A stretch of 64,000 bases of DNA from the NCBI GenBank assembly GCA_963675295.2, contig CAXXKJ010000002.1, positions 992,001-1,056,000 of the forward strand, written 5' to 3'. The notes below the pieces were generated by a model. The model was not told where the DNA came from. It saw nothing but the letters and a program-made list of their open reading frames with translations, and did no database searches. Source of the stretch: a bacterium (GTDB taxonomy: Bacteria > Electryoneota > Electryoneia > Electryoneales > Electryoneaceae). This document shows positions 37,899 to 47,953 of the stretch, in pieces. A program made the translations under genes and the position numbers. The stretch's first letter is position 1. Every line of letters begins with the position of its first letter.

Positions 37899-40800
37899 CT
37901 ATTTCAGCAGCACGGCTTTTCGTACCTGGCGAACATCACCCGCTCTCCAGTCGAGGAAGTACAGACCGCTGGCCCAGGTGGTGGCATCGAGCACGATTTC
38001 GTGCCGTCCCGCCGGGGAAGCCGGTAGCATGTGACGCGCGACTTCCTGACCAAGCAGGTTGTAAACGACGAGTTGCACATCCGACGACCGCGGCAACGCG
38101 TAGCGCAGAACCACCGACGCGTTGAACGGGTTCGGATAGACCGCTTCCAGTGAACTGGTCTGTGGCAACGGAGCGTCCAAAGAATCGTTCACGCCGAGAT
38201 CCGTCACATTGCCCGTCCAGCGGATTTCGCTGGATGCGCCGTTGGCATCCTGGGCGATCACCAGCACCGTGGTCGTGCCTTCGTTGTCGAAGGTGATGTC
38301 GACCGAGGTGCCGCTGCCGATGAAGCCGCCGTCATGGTACCATTCGAGGTCGAAGGAATCCTCTTCTGGATCTTCCACAGTGACGCTGAAGTTAACCGAC
38401 GTGCCGAGGCCGGTTTGGCCGAGGGCATCCGGTGACGCGGTCAGGAAGCGCGGCGGGTCGTTGGCGTTGCCAGCGTCAAACACCAACGGCTGCGTCTGGT
38501 AGTTGAGCATCGGGTCGGTGCTGCGGAAGAACAAGGTTGTCGGCCCATTCCAGCCGTCCACCGGCGTAACAGTTACGATGCGATTGTCGTCAATCGAGAC
38601 GTTCAACGAATCCGAACCGTACCAGACCCAGTCGAGGTCGGCGTCGGCGTCGTCCCAGTCTTCGACATAGGGATCCAACGCGATTGGCATGAACGTACCG
38701 CCCGGAGCAATCGACTCACCGGCCAGGTCACCAATCTGTGGCGCATAACCGAGCGACTCATCGGTGACGAGGAAGTCGATCGGGATCGCGTACGCTTCGT
38801 CGGTCAGGTGGCTCAGCAGCAGCAGGCGGCCCTGATGCAGTCCCGCCTGCAGATCATCCGAATCGGCAGACAGCTGCACGGTGATTGACTCACCCTTGCC
38901 GATACTGTGCGTCGTGGGGGTGGTTGTCAACCACGGCAGGCCCGGCGAGAAGCGAACCACCAACTCGTCCTCGAGGAACGCCGGCACGGCGGTGTTCATC
39001 ACGGTCAGCAGCCCATTGTCACCGGATTCGTCGTTGATGCCGATGGTGGCGCTGTCCAGATCGCCAATCATTTCCTGGTACTGGGTGTGAATCGCGCCGT
39101 CCGGGGTGAGCACGACCTGGAAAGTGTACGGACCATCGTCCGTATCCCAGTCGAGCTGATGGACATCCGCCCAGGTCACCACCACGGCAGCCTGCATCGT
39201 GCGAACGTAAACCGCGCCGCCCTCATCGGTACCGATATTGTCCCAGTAGGGGAAGATCGAGGCGAGCGGGGCATACGGCCGCGGCAACGACGTGTTTGCA
39301 CTTTCGCCGTACCCATCCGCCGGTTCAGTGAACGTGATGTAGCCGGATTCGCAGACCCAGAAGCTGGAATAGGTTTCACCGTAGAAATCGAAGTCCCACG
39401 GGAGATCAATTTCGTTGGAAATGGATCCGAATCCGTCCGGATCACCGGTATTCATCGTGACTTCGTACCCGGGTTGCTCAATGTCAACCCACTGGTATTC
39501 CGGCCCGAAGGACTCCCGGCTATCGTACCAGCGGTAGCCAAGATCATCCGGCTCGCCGTAGTTGTCGAGTTCGCCTGGCAGGCCCCACGAATAGTCGATG
39601 CCTTCCGGCCAGATGTCGAACGTTGTCGCCCGGCCACCGACGTTACGGATCGTGAATTCCGCGCTGCCATTACCACCGGCTTCGGCGTTCATCTGCACCA
39701 GCGGCGGTGAATACTCGAGCCGTGCGGGTTCGGCGACGTTGGTCGCGGCGATCATCAGCTGGCGGCCATCCACCACGCCGACGGCAGTCGACGGGTTCTC
39801 GTTCGCGAACTCATACTGTAGGCCTTCCTGCCCATTCGGGCTGGTCAGTCCAACAGTGAGGTAGTTTTCCGCACCATCCTCGTTCTTAATGTCATCGTAC
39901 AGGATGGCGATTTTACCGAGGTCGCCCGCCGTGCCGTGTACCGCCGGATCGAGGATCAGGATCTGGAAATACATCGGGTCACCGGTCAGGCCGTTCCATT
40001 GCAGATCCCGTTCATGCCAGACACGATACCATTCGATCACGAAGTAGCCGTTTTCCTGGTCATGGTAGGCGAACACGCCCGAGTTGTTGGTGTCGAAGAG
40101 CAGGTTGTCCCAGAGGGCACAAACCGCTCCGACCGGTGTCAACGCGCCCGGCAGCGGCCGGTTGCGGAAGAAGTAGAAGCCGGTGTCGCCAAAGGTGATC
40201 CACCCATTCGAGCAAATAGACACCTCATCATAGAACTGATCCCAGTACGGGAAGGTGAACGGCAGGTCGATTGTAACGACATCGTCCTCGTTTTCGTCCT
40301 CATCGTCCAGGCCAACGTCCCAGCCGCCGTTTCCGACAACGGAGACATAGGTGAAATTGGGTGTGTAGTCATAGCCGGGATCGGTGTCCTCGAAGATGTA
40401 GTAGCCCGGGCCGGCGGGTCCGGTCGGGACATCCGGTCCGGAACCCATCGCGACAAACTCGACGTCGAGTTCGATTTCGAACCCGCGGTCGGTGGTTAAC
40501 ATCATCGTGCCTTCGGCCACATGGCCGGGGTACGCCTGATCCGAAATCTCCAGCGCAAACATATCGTTCATGGCGACATTGGTTGCGCCACCGGAGATCG
40601 CAGCCCAGCTGCCGTCGCCGTCCAGCACGGTGATGAACGGATCATCCACCATCAACTGGGCGGTCACCGACAAGGCACCGACGAGTGTCTCCAGGTTATC
40701 CAGATGGACATCCACCATCGACTGATCACCCGGATACCAATCGGACTGGAAAACGACGTCGGACACTTCCAGCTGAGGCGTCTTGACCTGTTGCAACTCA

Positions 40801-43175
40801 GCGAGGTGTGACTGGTTGCCGTCATTGGAAAGAACCTGGAAAGTGACGGGCACGCGCGTATTGTTCGCGACAGTGGAGTTCAGCCGGATACGCAGCTCGT
40901 CCGTCGTTACCTGGTTACCCTGTCCCTGTGTGCCAAAGAACTGGTAGGAATTTTCGACGGAACCGTATTCGGATGGGATGCTGATGGATACCAGCATCTG
41001 GTCAAGTCCGCCATCCTTGACAACTTCCAGCAACGCTTCCGGGATGATCAATTCGCCCGGGTTGATGTAGCCGTCGTTGTTGGTGTCCGGGTCGGACGCG
41101 TCTTCCACGCCGCTGGTACTGATCAGGCTGACCACACCGGCACCACCGTCGCCGAAGGTGTACGAGTAGGGCTCGACATCCGGACGGGTGACGGTCAGTG
41201 TGTATTGGCCCCCTGAGATTAAAGCTTCATCCAGCATGACATTGGCAACGCCGGATGCATTCGTTCGTGCATGCCCGACAATGTCTGTAAGGTCTGTTGT
41301 GACCACCACCATCGCGTTGTCAATTGGTACGCCGTACTGGTCAAGGACCAGTGTTTCGACGTAAGTGTCGTTTTCACGCAAATCAGTTGGATGGTCGACT
41401 TCGAGCACTTTCGGGACCTCGGCGCGAAGCTGCAACGCCGGATCGCCGAGAATGTTGTACGTGTGGAAGTAGAACCAGACGCTGTTTTCGTTCGTACCGC
41501 CCGCATTCCACAGGTATGGATAGTTGTTGTGCAGCTGGATCTTCGCTGACAGCAGGCACTGGCCGAGGGTACGCAGACCCTGATCGAACATGGCGGTGTA
41601 CCATCCGCCAAGCATCATGTTGTTCCAGCGGGTGTGGGTGTCGATTTCGGAAGGCGCGATAAAGGCAACCGCACCCTTGAGGTCATTGGGAGAGCCGTGG
41701 CGGATCCAGGTTTCACCGAAACACGGATCGTCGTCCAGTTCATCGAACGCTCCGCCGCCGCACACCATCGAGGTGATGACGACGAGCTCGTCAGTGTTGT
41801 TGATATCGTCTTCGATGTCGTCGTCGTAGAAGTACGGTCCGGCCCAGTAGGTGTGTGAACCGAATCCACGGTACGTCACCCAGCTGGTATGGTTGTTGAT
41901 CGCGTTAGAGATCATCTGCGCGTTTCCCGGATTGCTCCAGGTGCGCACGATCTGGTGCACGTCGGTAAAGCCGTTATTCTCGAACTGCCATTTCACCCAG
42001 TCCTGGGTCAGCGCGGTGCTGATCGCGTACGTCGCGTCCGCAATGGTCACTGCCCGGGTCCAGCGTTCCGGATGGTTACCGATCAGCGGCTGCGATTCGT
42101 ACTGGATAATCTTGTTGACCATGGTCAGACACTCGGTTTCTGTATCCACCGAAACGCGCCCGATCAGGTATTGCGGTAGCACATCCTCGTACGTATTGCC
42201 GGCATAAATGTCATAGGTGTACATCTGGTCCGTGGCGATATCGGGATCGATCGGCCACGGCGACCCCGGATCGATGTACTCGGTCGCGATTTGCGGCAGG
42301 TCGTCAATGTCGCCCATCAGCACAACGTATTCCAGCGGTGGGCTGGCGTTCTCGTAGACGTTGCGGATGTAAGCGTAAATATCATCAAAGGAGTTGCCGG
42401 TTTCAGCGGTAGTGGCCATCTGGACCGTGTAACCGGTCTGTGCACGCCACGCTGCAAGGGTCCGCACCGGATCTTCCCACTGGGACGGGTAGATCATCAG
42501 GTACGTGCCGCGAACGACTTCGCTGTAGTCGATGAAATCGGTAGCGTTTGCTACGTACGTTTCATACAGCGGCAGCAACGCTTCGCTGATCCCCGGCGGA
42601 TCGAGGCCGTCATCGGACCAGTCGGTGTCGGGTTCGTAGGCAAACTCGATGTCCAGATCGTCGGCGACGTACACGTGTCCAGTGGCTTCGTCAATGCGCA
42701 TTGGACGGATCGCGACCGAAGCGACACGCAGGTCGCGCCACCGTCCCGTCTTGCCGACGCTGACCGTTTCCTCGGATTCCCGGGCAGCTTTTTTGAAGAG
42801 CTGAATGTCGAGCGGCGTTTCAAACTCCTGGCCGGTGTCATGGGCAAGCTGCCGCACACCCAGGTCGCGCCAGGTGACGTTCACATTCGCCACCACCAGG
42901 TTGAGTCCCTCAGGCACAGCGATCAGCTCGCTGTACACCGGAAGACGTGGCCCCCCTGCCTCACCCAGTTCACCAGCGCCCGGAAGCTTGGGCACTACGG
43001 TTTCTCCCTCGGCAGTCCAGTTAACCGTCAGGTCGTCAAAACTCATCGTGACCCCGGTCGCGTTGCTGGTGACAGCGTACGGCCGAACCATCGGATTGGC
43101 CATCGTGTCGTCGACAGCGAGCGTGGGAGCTGCGAGGAACAGCAGGGCGAGGAACATCGGAATCAAGCGTGCCAT
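37899..43175 (-). CDS. Secreted C25 (gingipain-family) peptidase-like protein with accessory domains and CTD
   Basis: Propeptide GEAGGPRLPV, EYVVLMGD, IGRVSV, KIIQYE, GETW, KGAVAFI, YNILGDPAL; two nidogen-like segments; VYPNPFN...RKAVLLK*. Confidence 0.9.
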   Translation of the reverse strand: MARLIPMFLALLFLAAPTLAVDDTMANPMVRPYAVTSNATGVTMSFDDLTVNWTAEGETVVPKLPGAGELGEAGGPRLPVYSELIAVPEGLNLVVANVNVTWRDLGVRQLAHDTGQEFETPLDIQLFKKAARESEETVSVGKTGRWRDLRVASVAIRPMRIDEATGHVYVADDLDIEFAYEPDTDWSDDGLDPPGISEALLPLYETYVANATDFIDYSEVVRGTYLMIYPSQWEDPVRTLAAWRAQTGYTVQMATTAETGNSFDDIYAYIRNVYENASPPLEYVVLMGDIDDLPQIATEYIDPGSPWPIDPDIATDQMYTYDIYAGNTYEDVLPQYLIGRVSVDTETECLTMVNKIIQYESQPLIGNHPERWTRAVTIADATYAISTALTQDWVKWQFENNGFTDVHQIVRTWSNPGNAQMISNAINNHTSWVTYRGFGSHTYWAGPYFYDDDIEDDINNTDELVVITSMVCGGGAFDELDDDPCFGETWIRHGSPNDLKGAVAFIAPSEIDTHTRWNNMMLGGWYTAMFDQGLRTLGQCLLSAKIQLHNNYPYLWNAGGTNENSVWFYFHTYNILGDPALQLRAEVPKVLEVDHPTDLRENDTYVETLVLDQYGVPIDNAMVVVTTDLTDIVGHARTNASGVANVMLDEALISGGQYTLTVTRPDVEPYSYTFGDGGAGVVSLISTSGVEDASDPDTNNDGYINPGELIIPEALLEVVKDGGLDQMLVSISIPSEYGSVENSYQFFGTQGQGNQVTTDELRIRLNSTVANNTRVPVTFQVLSNDGNQSHLAELQQVKTPQLEVSDVVFQSDWYPGDQSMVDVHLDNLETLVGALSVTAQLMVDDPFITVLDGDGSWAAISGGATNVAMNDMFALEISDQAYPGHVAEGTMMLTTDRGFEIELDVEFVAMGSGPDVPTGPAGPGYYIFEDTDPGYDYTPNFTYVSVVGNGGWDVGLDDEDENEDDVVTIDLPFTFPYWDQFYDEVSICSNGWITFGDTGFYFFRNRPLPGALTPVGAVCALWDNLLFDTNNSGVFAYHDQENGYFVIEWYRVWHERDLQWNGLTGDPMYFQILILDPAVHGTAGDLGKIAILYDDIKNEDGAENYLTVGLTSPNGQEGLQYEFANENPSTAVGVVDGRQLMIAATNVAEPARLEYSPPLVQMNAEAGGNGSAEFTIRNVGGRATTFDIWPEGIDYSWGLPGELDNYGEPDDLGYRWYDSRESFGPEYQWVDIEQPGYEVTMNTGDPDGFGSISNEIDLPWDFDFYGETYSSFWVCESGYITFTEPADGYGESANTSLPRPYAPLASIFPYWDNIGTDEGGAVYVRTMQAAVVVTWADVHQLDWDTDDGPYTFQVVLTPDGAIHTQYQEMIGDLDSATIGINDESGDNGLLTVMNTAVPAFLEDELVVRFSPGLPWLTTTPTTHSIGKGESITVQLSADSDDLQAGLHQGRLLLLSHLTDEAYAIPIDFLVTDESLGYAPQIGDLAGESIAPGGTFMPIALDPYVEDWDDADADLDWVWYGSDSLNVSIDDNRIVTVTPVDGWNGPTTLFFRSTDPMLNYQTQPLVFDAGNANDPPRFLTASPDALGQTGLGTSVNFSVTVEDPEEDSFDLEWYHDGGFIGSGTSVDITFDNEGTTTVLVIAQDANGASSEIRWTGNVTDLGVNDSLDAPLPQTSSLEAVYPNPFNASVVLRYALPRSSDVQLVVYNLLGQEVARHMLPASPAGRHEIVLDATTWASGLYFLDWRAGDVRQVRKAVLLK

Positions 43176-43475
43176 GGAATCAGTCTCCTCGGATCTGAAT
43201 TCTTCATACCGGTTTTGCTCGGTTCGTCAGGAATGCGGTACTGGCCTGTAAGATAACATGTAGACAGGTCGGCATGTGCCCGAAGATAGGTTGGACCCGT
43301 ATCGTGAACCGTGCCTAAAGCTACCGTATGAAAATGGTCAACGAAAGAAAGGTGGTTAGGCTCGGTTAAAAAAATCGGAGACATTCCTATTAAGAGGGGA
43401 CGAGCTCGAGGATCGCTGTAATGCTGCCGATAATTTGAGTAGAAGCCGTCCGTACGTCCGCGAACCGGAACGACT

Positions 43476-45020
43476 ATGTATTTTATTTACAAAAACTTAC
43501 TGATTGTGATGTGTGTCATCGCGTTAGGCGTTTCCGTCGTTACAGCGCAGATGCTGCCCACGATTGACTCCGGGCGAGCCAACCAGGCCTTCGCGGATGG
43601 CCGGGCCTATGAAGAACAGGGAGAACTCGAACAGGCCTACGCTGCCTACCGGGAGGCGTACGAGCTCGACCAGGAGCATTACCGTGCGTTGTACCGTGCG
43701 GGACGGCTGTTGCAGGAGTTTGGCCGGCAGGCGAACGCCATCTCCGCGATGCACCAGGTGGTCGCCATCGCACCGGATTTCTACCCCGCGTGGAATACAC
43801 TCGGCATCCTGTTCACGGATACGGGGTACGCGGAAGGTGCGGTTAACGCGTACAAGCACGGCACCGACGTCGCGCCGGACATGGCGTCTGCGTGGCGCAA
43901 TTACGCGCGCGCATTAGCGGAAACGGGCGATTTGCAGCAGGCCGTCACTGCGTACCAGCGGGCGGTTGACCTGGAACCGACGCATGTCCCTTCGCTGGTC
44001 GCCCTCGGTGTCATGTATGGCCGTCTCGGTCAACGCGGGGCGGCGGCGGAAGCGCTCGAGGCCGCGCTCGAGCTGGATGCGGTCAACGCAGATGCGAAAA
44101 AAGCGCTCGCCTGGGTGAACGGTGAGCTCACGGGGACGGTCGCCGACGGTACCGAGAATGCGGCTGGGAGTGAAACGGGTGCAGCCGGCACCTCCCCGAA
44201 AATCTTCTTCCAGGAAGGTGGCACGTTTACAGAATCTGGATTGTACAAGCCGCCGACGTTGACACTGGAGAGTCCGGTCAAGCTTCGTGACCGGGGCATC
44301 CGGCTGATCCACGAAGGGCATTACCGGCTGGGCGTGGAGGCGCTGGAACAGGCTCGCCGTTATGGGGAGCAGGACCCGGTTCTGTTCACGGAGCTCGGTT
44401 ACGCGAACTACCAGCTGGAAGACTACGAGAAGGCGGCGTGGTCGTACGGCATGGCGGCGGAGCAGTCGGTCGAACCCGAGGGCTGGTATCGCTTGAACCA
44501 GGCGCTCGCGTTGCGTGAAGCAGGGGACTTGCCCGGCGCGGAAAAAGCGGTCAAACGCGCCATCGATCTCGATTCCGGGCTGGCCCACGCGCACTATCTC
44601 CTCGGCATGCTGCGGCTCGAACAAAACGACGTCACGAAAGCGATCCGCTCCTTCCGCAGCGCTGTGAAACTCGATCCGCAGAATATATCGGTTCACCTCG
44701 CCCTCGGCGCGGCTCAACTCACGCGGCACGAGGAGAAAGATGCCATCCGCACCTATCGTCAGGCGCTGCGTGTTCACCCCGGCCAGCCGGAAGCGTTGTT
44801 CAAGCTGGCACCGTTGCTCGAGAAGCAGGGCGAATCCACCGAAGCGTACGACGCCTACGAAGCCCTCGCGCTCGCCACCGCCAAACAGCCGGAATTTGCC
44901 GCGTGGCATGAGCTGGCGACGGAAAAGGTGAAAGAGCTGGCGTGGGCGGCCTCGGCGGAAGATCCGGAGGTGTCGGGATCCGACACACCGCGCAAGTTGC
45001 CGTATTGGATGAATAATTAA
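43476..45020 (+). CDS. Exported tetratricopeptide-repeat protein
   Basis: Signal-like N-terminus; two blocks of TPR repeats (AWNTLG, AHYLLG, ...A...DP). Confidence 0.9.
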   Translation: MYFIYKNLLIVMCVIALGVSVVTAQMLPTIDSGRANQAFADGRAYEEQGELEQAYAAYREAYELDQEHYRALYRAGRLLQEFGRQANAISAMHQVVAIAPDFYPAWNTLGILFTDTGYAEGAVNAYKHGTDVAPDMASAWRNYARALAETGDLQQAVTAYQRAVDLEPTHVPSLVALGVMYGRLGQRGAAAEALEAALELDAVNADAKKALAWVNGELTGTVADGTENAAGSETGAAGTSPKIFFQEGGTFTESGLYKPPTLTLESPVKLRDRGIRLIHEGHYRLGVEALEQARRYGEQDPVLFTELGYANYQLEDYEKAAWSYGMAAEQSVEPEGWYRLNQALALREAGDLPGAEKAVKRAIDLDSGLAHAHYLLGMLRLEQNDVTKAIRSFRSAVKLDPQNISVHLALGAAQLTRHEEKDAIRTYRQALRVHPGQPEALFKLAPLLEKQGESTEAYDAYEALALATAKQPEFAAWHELATEKVKELAWAASAEDPEVSGSDTPRKLPYWMNN

Positions 45021-45045
45021 GGTGGGGTGGGGAGGTGCCTCTGTT

Positions 45046-45070
45046 CGTGTGGCTGAAGCCACACGCTAAC
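45046..45070 (-). repeat. REP-like hairpin
   Basis: CGTGTGGCT-GA-AGCCACACG followed by CTAAC. Confidence 0.55.
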
Positions 45071-45188
45071 CACCCTTCACCGCTACGCGGTGTAAAACAT
45101 CATCTCATGGACAGCGATGCCGTATCTCTCGGCCAGCGATCACGCATTACCGGCGACCGATTTCCGGTATACCGTCCACAGCCCGCAT

Positions 45189-45230
45189 CCCACTGACCAC
45201 TGAGTACTGAGCACTGATGACTGTCTTCTG
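45189..45230. repeat. Degenerate heptamer tract (NNNNCTG x6)
   Basis: CCCACTG ACCACTG AGTACTG AGCACTG ATGACTG TCTTCTG. Confidence 0.7.
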
Positions 45231-45329
45231 CCCGTCTCCCTCGAGTTTCGCTTGGGGTTCAGAGTTCGTACTTTTCATCACAAATTCCCGGGTAACCAAG
45301 AGGCCGATCCCGGTTTGCCCTGATCCCCC

Positions 45330-46127
45330 GTGGCGACAACCGAAGGACACAAGATCATGCCATCTGCTGACGAACTCCAGAAACGGACCATACATCCCGC
45401 CGAGCTGTTTGAGCAGCTGGCCGACAAATCACGTGAGATCTTCAACCGTGGCAAGACTTTGCCGCTGGTTGTGGTCGATGTGGACGATTGTCTGTTGGAC
45501 AAACGTCCGCGTGTGATGAAAGTCCTCGCCGACCTGATCATGGATCAGAATCCGGAGATTCCGCTGACCGACGAACACCGTGCCGCGATTGCGTCAATCA
45601 AGCCGCGCACGATGAAGTACGGCCTCAAGGACACGTTGCGTGACGTCGGCATCGTGGAAGAGGGCATCCTCGGCTGGATTGAGACGGAATACGAGAAGAA
45701 AGCGACCAGCGACCAGTACATCATGTTCGATCTGCCAACGCCGGGCATTGTCGACTTCATCAAGGAGCTGTCGAAGGCCGGATCGACGACGCTGTATCTC
45801 GCCGGCAAGCGGAATCGCAACAAGTCGACGTTCGGTACCGAACGGTCGTTGAGTATGTACGAGTTGCCGGCTCCGCGTGGCGAGGTGGGTGCGTTGTTCA
45901 TGAGCGAAGTGGACGGCGCGGACGAGTTCAAATTCAAACAGGACCTGATCAAGCCGATCACCGAGGCGGGCGAGGTGATCGCGGTGTTCGATAATGAACC
46001 AAACGCGTGCAACCTGTTCCGCAAGGAATTCCCGGATGCGAGCGTGGTGCTGGTGGACACGTTCCGTGAGAACGAGGATGAGCTGGCGGACGGGATTCAC
46101 GTGGTGAAGAACTTCTTGCGTACCTGA
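45330..46127 (+). CDS. HAD-superfamily hydrolase/phosphatase
   Basis: VVVDVDDCLLD (motif I DxD), FK and VFDNEP late motifs. Start may be ATG 45357. Confidence 0.75.
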   Translation: MATTEGHKIMPSADELQKRTIHPAELFEQLADKSREIFNRGKTLPLVVVDVDDCLLDKRPRVMKVLADLIMDQNPEIPLTDEHRAAIASIKPRTMKYGLKDTLRDVGIVEEGILGWIETEYEKKATSDQYIMFDLPTPGIVDFIKELSKAGSTTLYLAGKRNRNKSTFGTERSLSMYELPAPRGEVGALFMSEVDGADEFKFKQDLIKPITEAGEVIAVFDNEPNACNLFRKEFPDASVVLVDTFRENEDELADGIHVVKNFLRT

Positions 46128-46154
46128 GTGAACGCGGCGTCTTGACAAAGAATG

Positions 46155-46185
46155 AACGGGCGGAGCCATTTGGCTCCGCCCGTTT
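46155..46185. terminator. Terminator hairpin between convergent genes
   Basis: AACGGGCGGAGCCA-TT-TGGCTCCGCCCGTT. Confidence 0.8.
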
Positions 46186-46219
46186 CGCGCTTCCCAGACA
46201 TCACATCGTTTGCATGGAT

Positions 46220-46573
46220 TTATGCTGACTCCTCGGGGGGTGTCGATGGCAGCATCATGGTGCCGCGGCTTTGCTCCGCGGGGGAATTACCGATACGGTA
46301 GCTCGATCCGGATTCGCGAATCTGTGGTTCAGTGACGGTATCGCCCTGTTGCCGGAACGGGAAGAAGGTGACGGCAACTGTTTCATCTTCATGCACAAGT
46401 GACCGTTCGAGCTCATCCACAATCTGCGAAACCCGTACCTGCAGGCTCTTGCAGTCGTTGACCAGCTCGTGGCGGTTGCCATTCCCGGTGTTCAATGCCT
46501 GCATTTTTCCGCACAAATCATGGGCGATTTTTCGTGCCTGGATCGCCAGGTCTGTCGCACTCAACAAACTCAT
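46220..46573 (-). CDS. Small hypothetical protein, possible DHp/H-box-like helical hairpin
   Basis: 117-aa ORF in an otherwise empty gap, ending just before the terminator; RKIAHDL motif. Confidence 0.55.
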   Translation of the reverse strand: MSLLSATDLAIQARKIAHDLCGKMQALNTGNGNRHELVNDCKSLQVRVSQIVDELERSLVHEDETVAVTFFPFRQQGDTVTEPQIRESGSSYRIGNSPAEQSRGTMMLPSTPPEESA

Positions 46574-46803
46574 CGATAACTCGCGATATCTTGACTATGA
46601 CTTGCTTTTTGTTCCAAAAGAGAACTCTAAAAAACCTAAAGACAAGTTGCGCAAGACGCATGCCAGTTTAGTTTGCGTTAGAATTCGATAAGTTTTGGAT
46701 TCGCTGACATTCGATGGTTTCGAGGGGTACGGTGGTGCTTGCGCGGGGAGGTTGCGCGGTGCTACATACGTCTGCCCCTCTGACACGAGCTGAACGGGAA
46801 ACG

Positions 46804-47868
46804 ATGTCAACGAAGAAAGCCAGCGAACGGTTTCGTTTGACCCGGTTTACACGGTGTGCCGGTTGAGCGAGCAAGCTTGATCCGGCGGTGCTGGATCGCA
46901 TCTTGCCGCTGCTGCCGAAACAGCAGCACCCGAACTTGTTGGTCGGACCCTCGACTCTGGACGATGCAGGTGTGTATCGGCTGACGGACGAGCTCGCCCT
47001 CGTCCAGACGCTCGACTTTTTCACGCCAATTGTGGACGATGCCTATGACTATGGCCGGATTGCAGCGGCGAACAGTCTGTCGGACGTGTATGCGATGGGT
47101 GGGACGCCGGTGACGGCGTTGAACATCGTCGCCTTCCCGGACGGCAAGTTGCCTGAGGAAGTATTGGCGGACATCCTGCGCGGCGCGGCGGCGGTGTGTG
47201 CCGAGGCGAACGTGGCGGTGGCCGGCGGGCACTCGGTGTCGGACCAGGAGATCAAGTTCGGCTTGTCGGTAACCGGTGTGCTTGATCCTCGCAACGGGAT
47301 GCTGGCGAACTCCGGCGCGCAGCCGGGTGACGCGTTGATCCTGACCAAACCTCTCGGCACGGGGCTGATTTCAAACGCGATGATGAATGACGCCTCGGAC
47401 GAAGAAGCTGTCCGGGCGATGACGGAGGTGATGGTCCGGTTGAACCGTACGGCGGCGGAAGTCGCGCGGGAGTGTGACGCTCATGCGGCAACCGACGTCA
47501 CCGGCTTCGGACTGGTCGGGCACGCGCGCGAGCTGGCGGTGGCGTCGGGAGTGACGGTGACGCTCAACGTGGGCAGCCTGCCGGTGATTGACGGCGCGAT
47601 GAAGGTCGCGACCTCGGGTTCATTTTTCAGTGGCGGGGAGCGGCGAAATCTCGCGTTCGTGGAGAAAGACGCGCGCGTCGAGGACTCGGTTCCAGACGAG
47701 ATGCGACGGCTGGCCTCTGATCCGCAAACCTCGGGTGGGCTCCTGATATCGCTGCCTGAGAGCCGTGTGGAGGACTACTTGAACGGCATGCGAGAACGTG
47801 GAGAATCCGCGTGGCGTGTTGGTTCCGTGGGTGAGAAGCAGGGTGTCTCACTGGTGCTCGCTTCGTAA
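46804..47868 (+). CDS. selD: Selenophosphate synthetase, selenocysteine-containing (UGA at 46864-46866)
   Basis: ATG 46804 is in frame: MSTKKASERFRLTRFTRCAG-U-ASKLDP..., then DDAGVY, QTLDFFTP, ANSLSDVYAMGG, GGHS, TDVTGFGL, DPQTSGGLL. Confidence 0.96.
46871..46906 (+). promoter_or_regulatory. Bacterial SECIS-like hairpin
   Basis: Upper stem GATCCGGC-GGT-GCTGGATC (46879-46897) and lower stem GCAAG/CTTGC, just 3' of the UGA; G-containing apical loop. Confidence 0.75.
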
Positions 47869-47953
47869 TCGCTCGAGAGAAACCAAATCCGGACTTTTGT
47901 GACAATTCTTGAATTAAAGTGCTTATCTTGCAGGGTAGTACAGGATCCATTCG

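Noticed and set aside
43200-43440. c-di-GMP riboswitch upstream of secreted-protein genes, suggested by the two HD-GYP genes
   Set aside because: No match to class I or class II consensus features could be recognised.
46574-46803. tRNA-Sec (selC) next to selD
   Set aside because: No cloverleaf, TCA anticodon arm or T-loop consensus found by eye.
46804-46887. selD as a nonsense pseudogene
   Set aside because: The TGA falls exactly at the catalytic Cys/Sec position and is followed by a SECIS-like hairpin.
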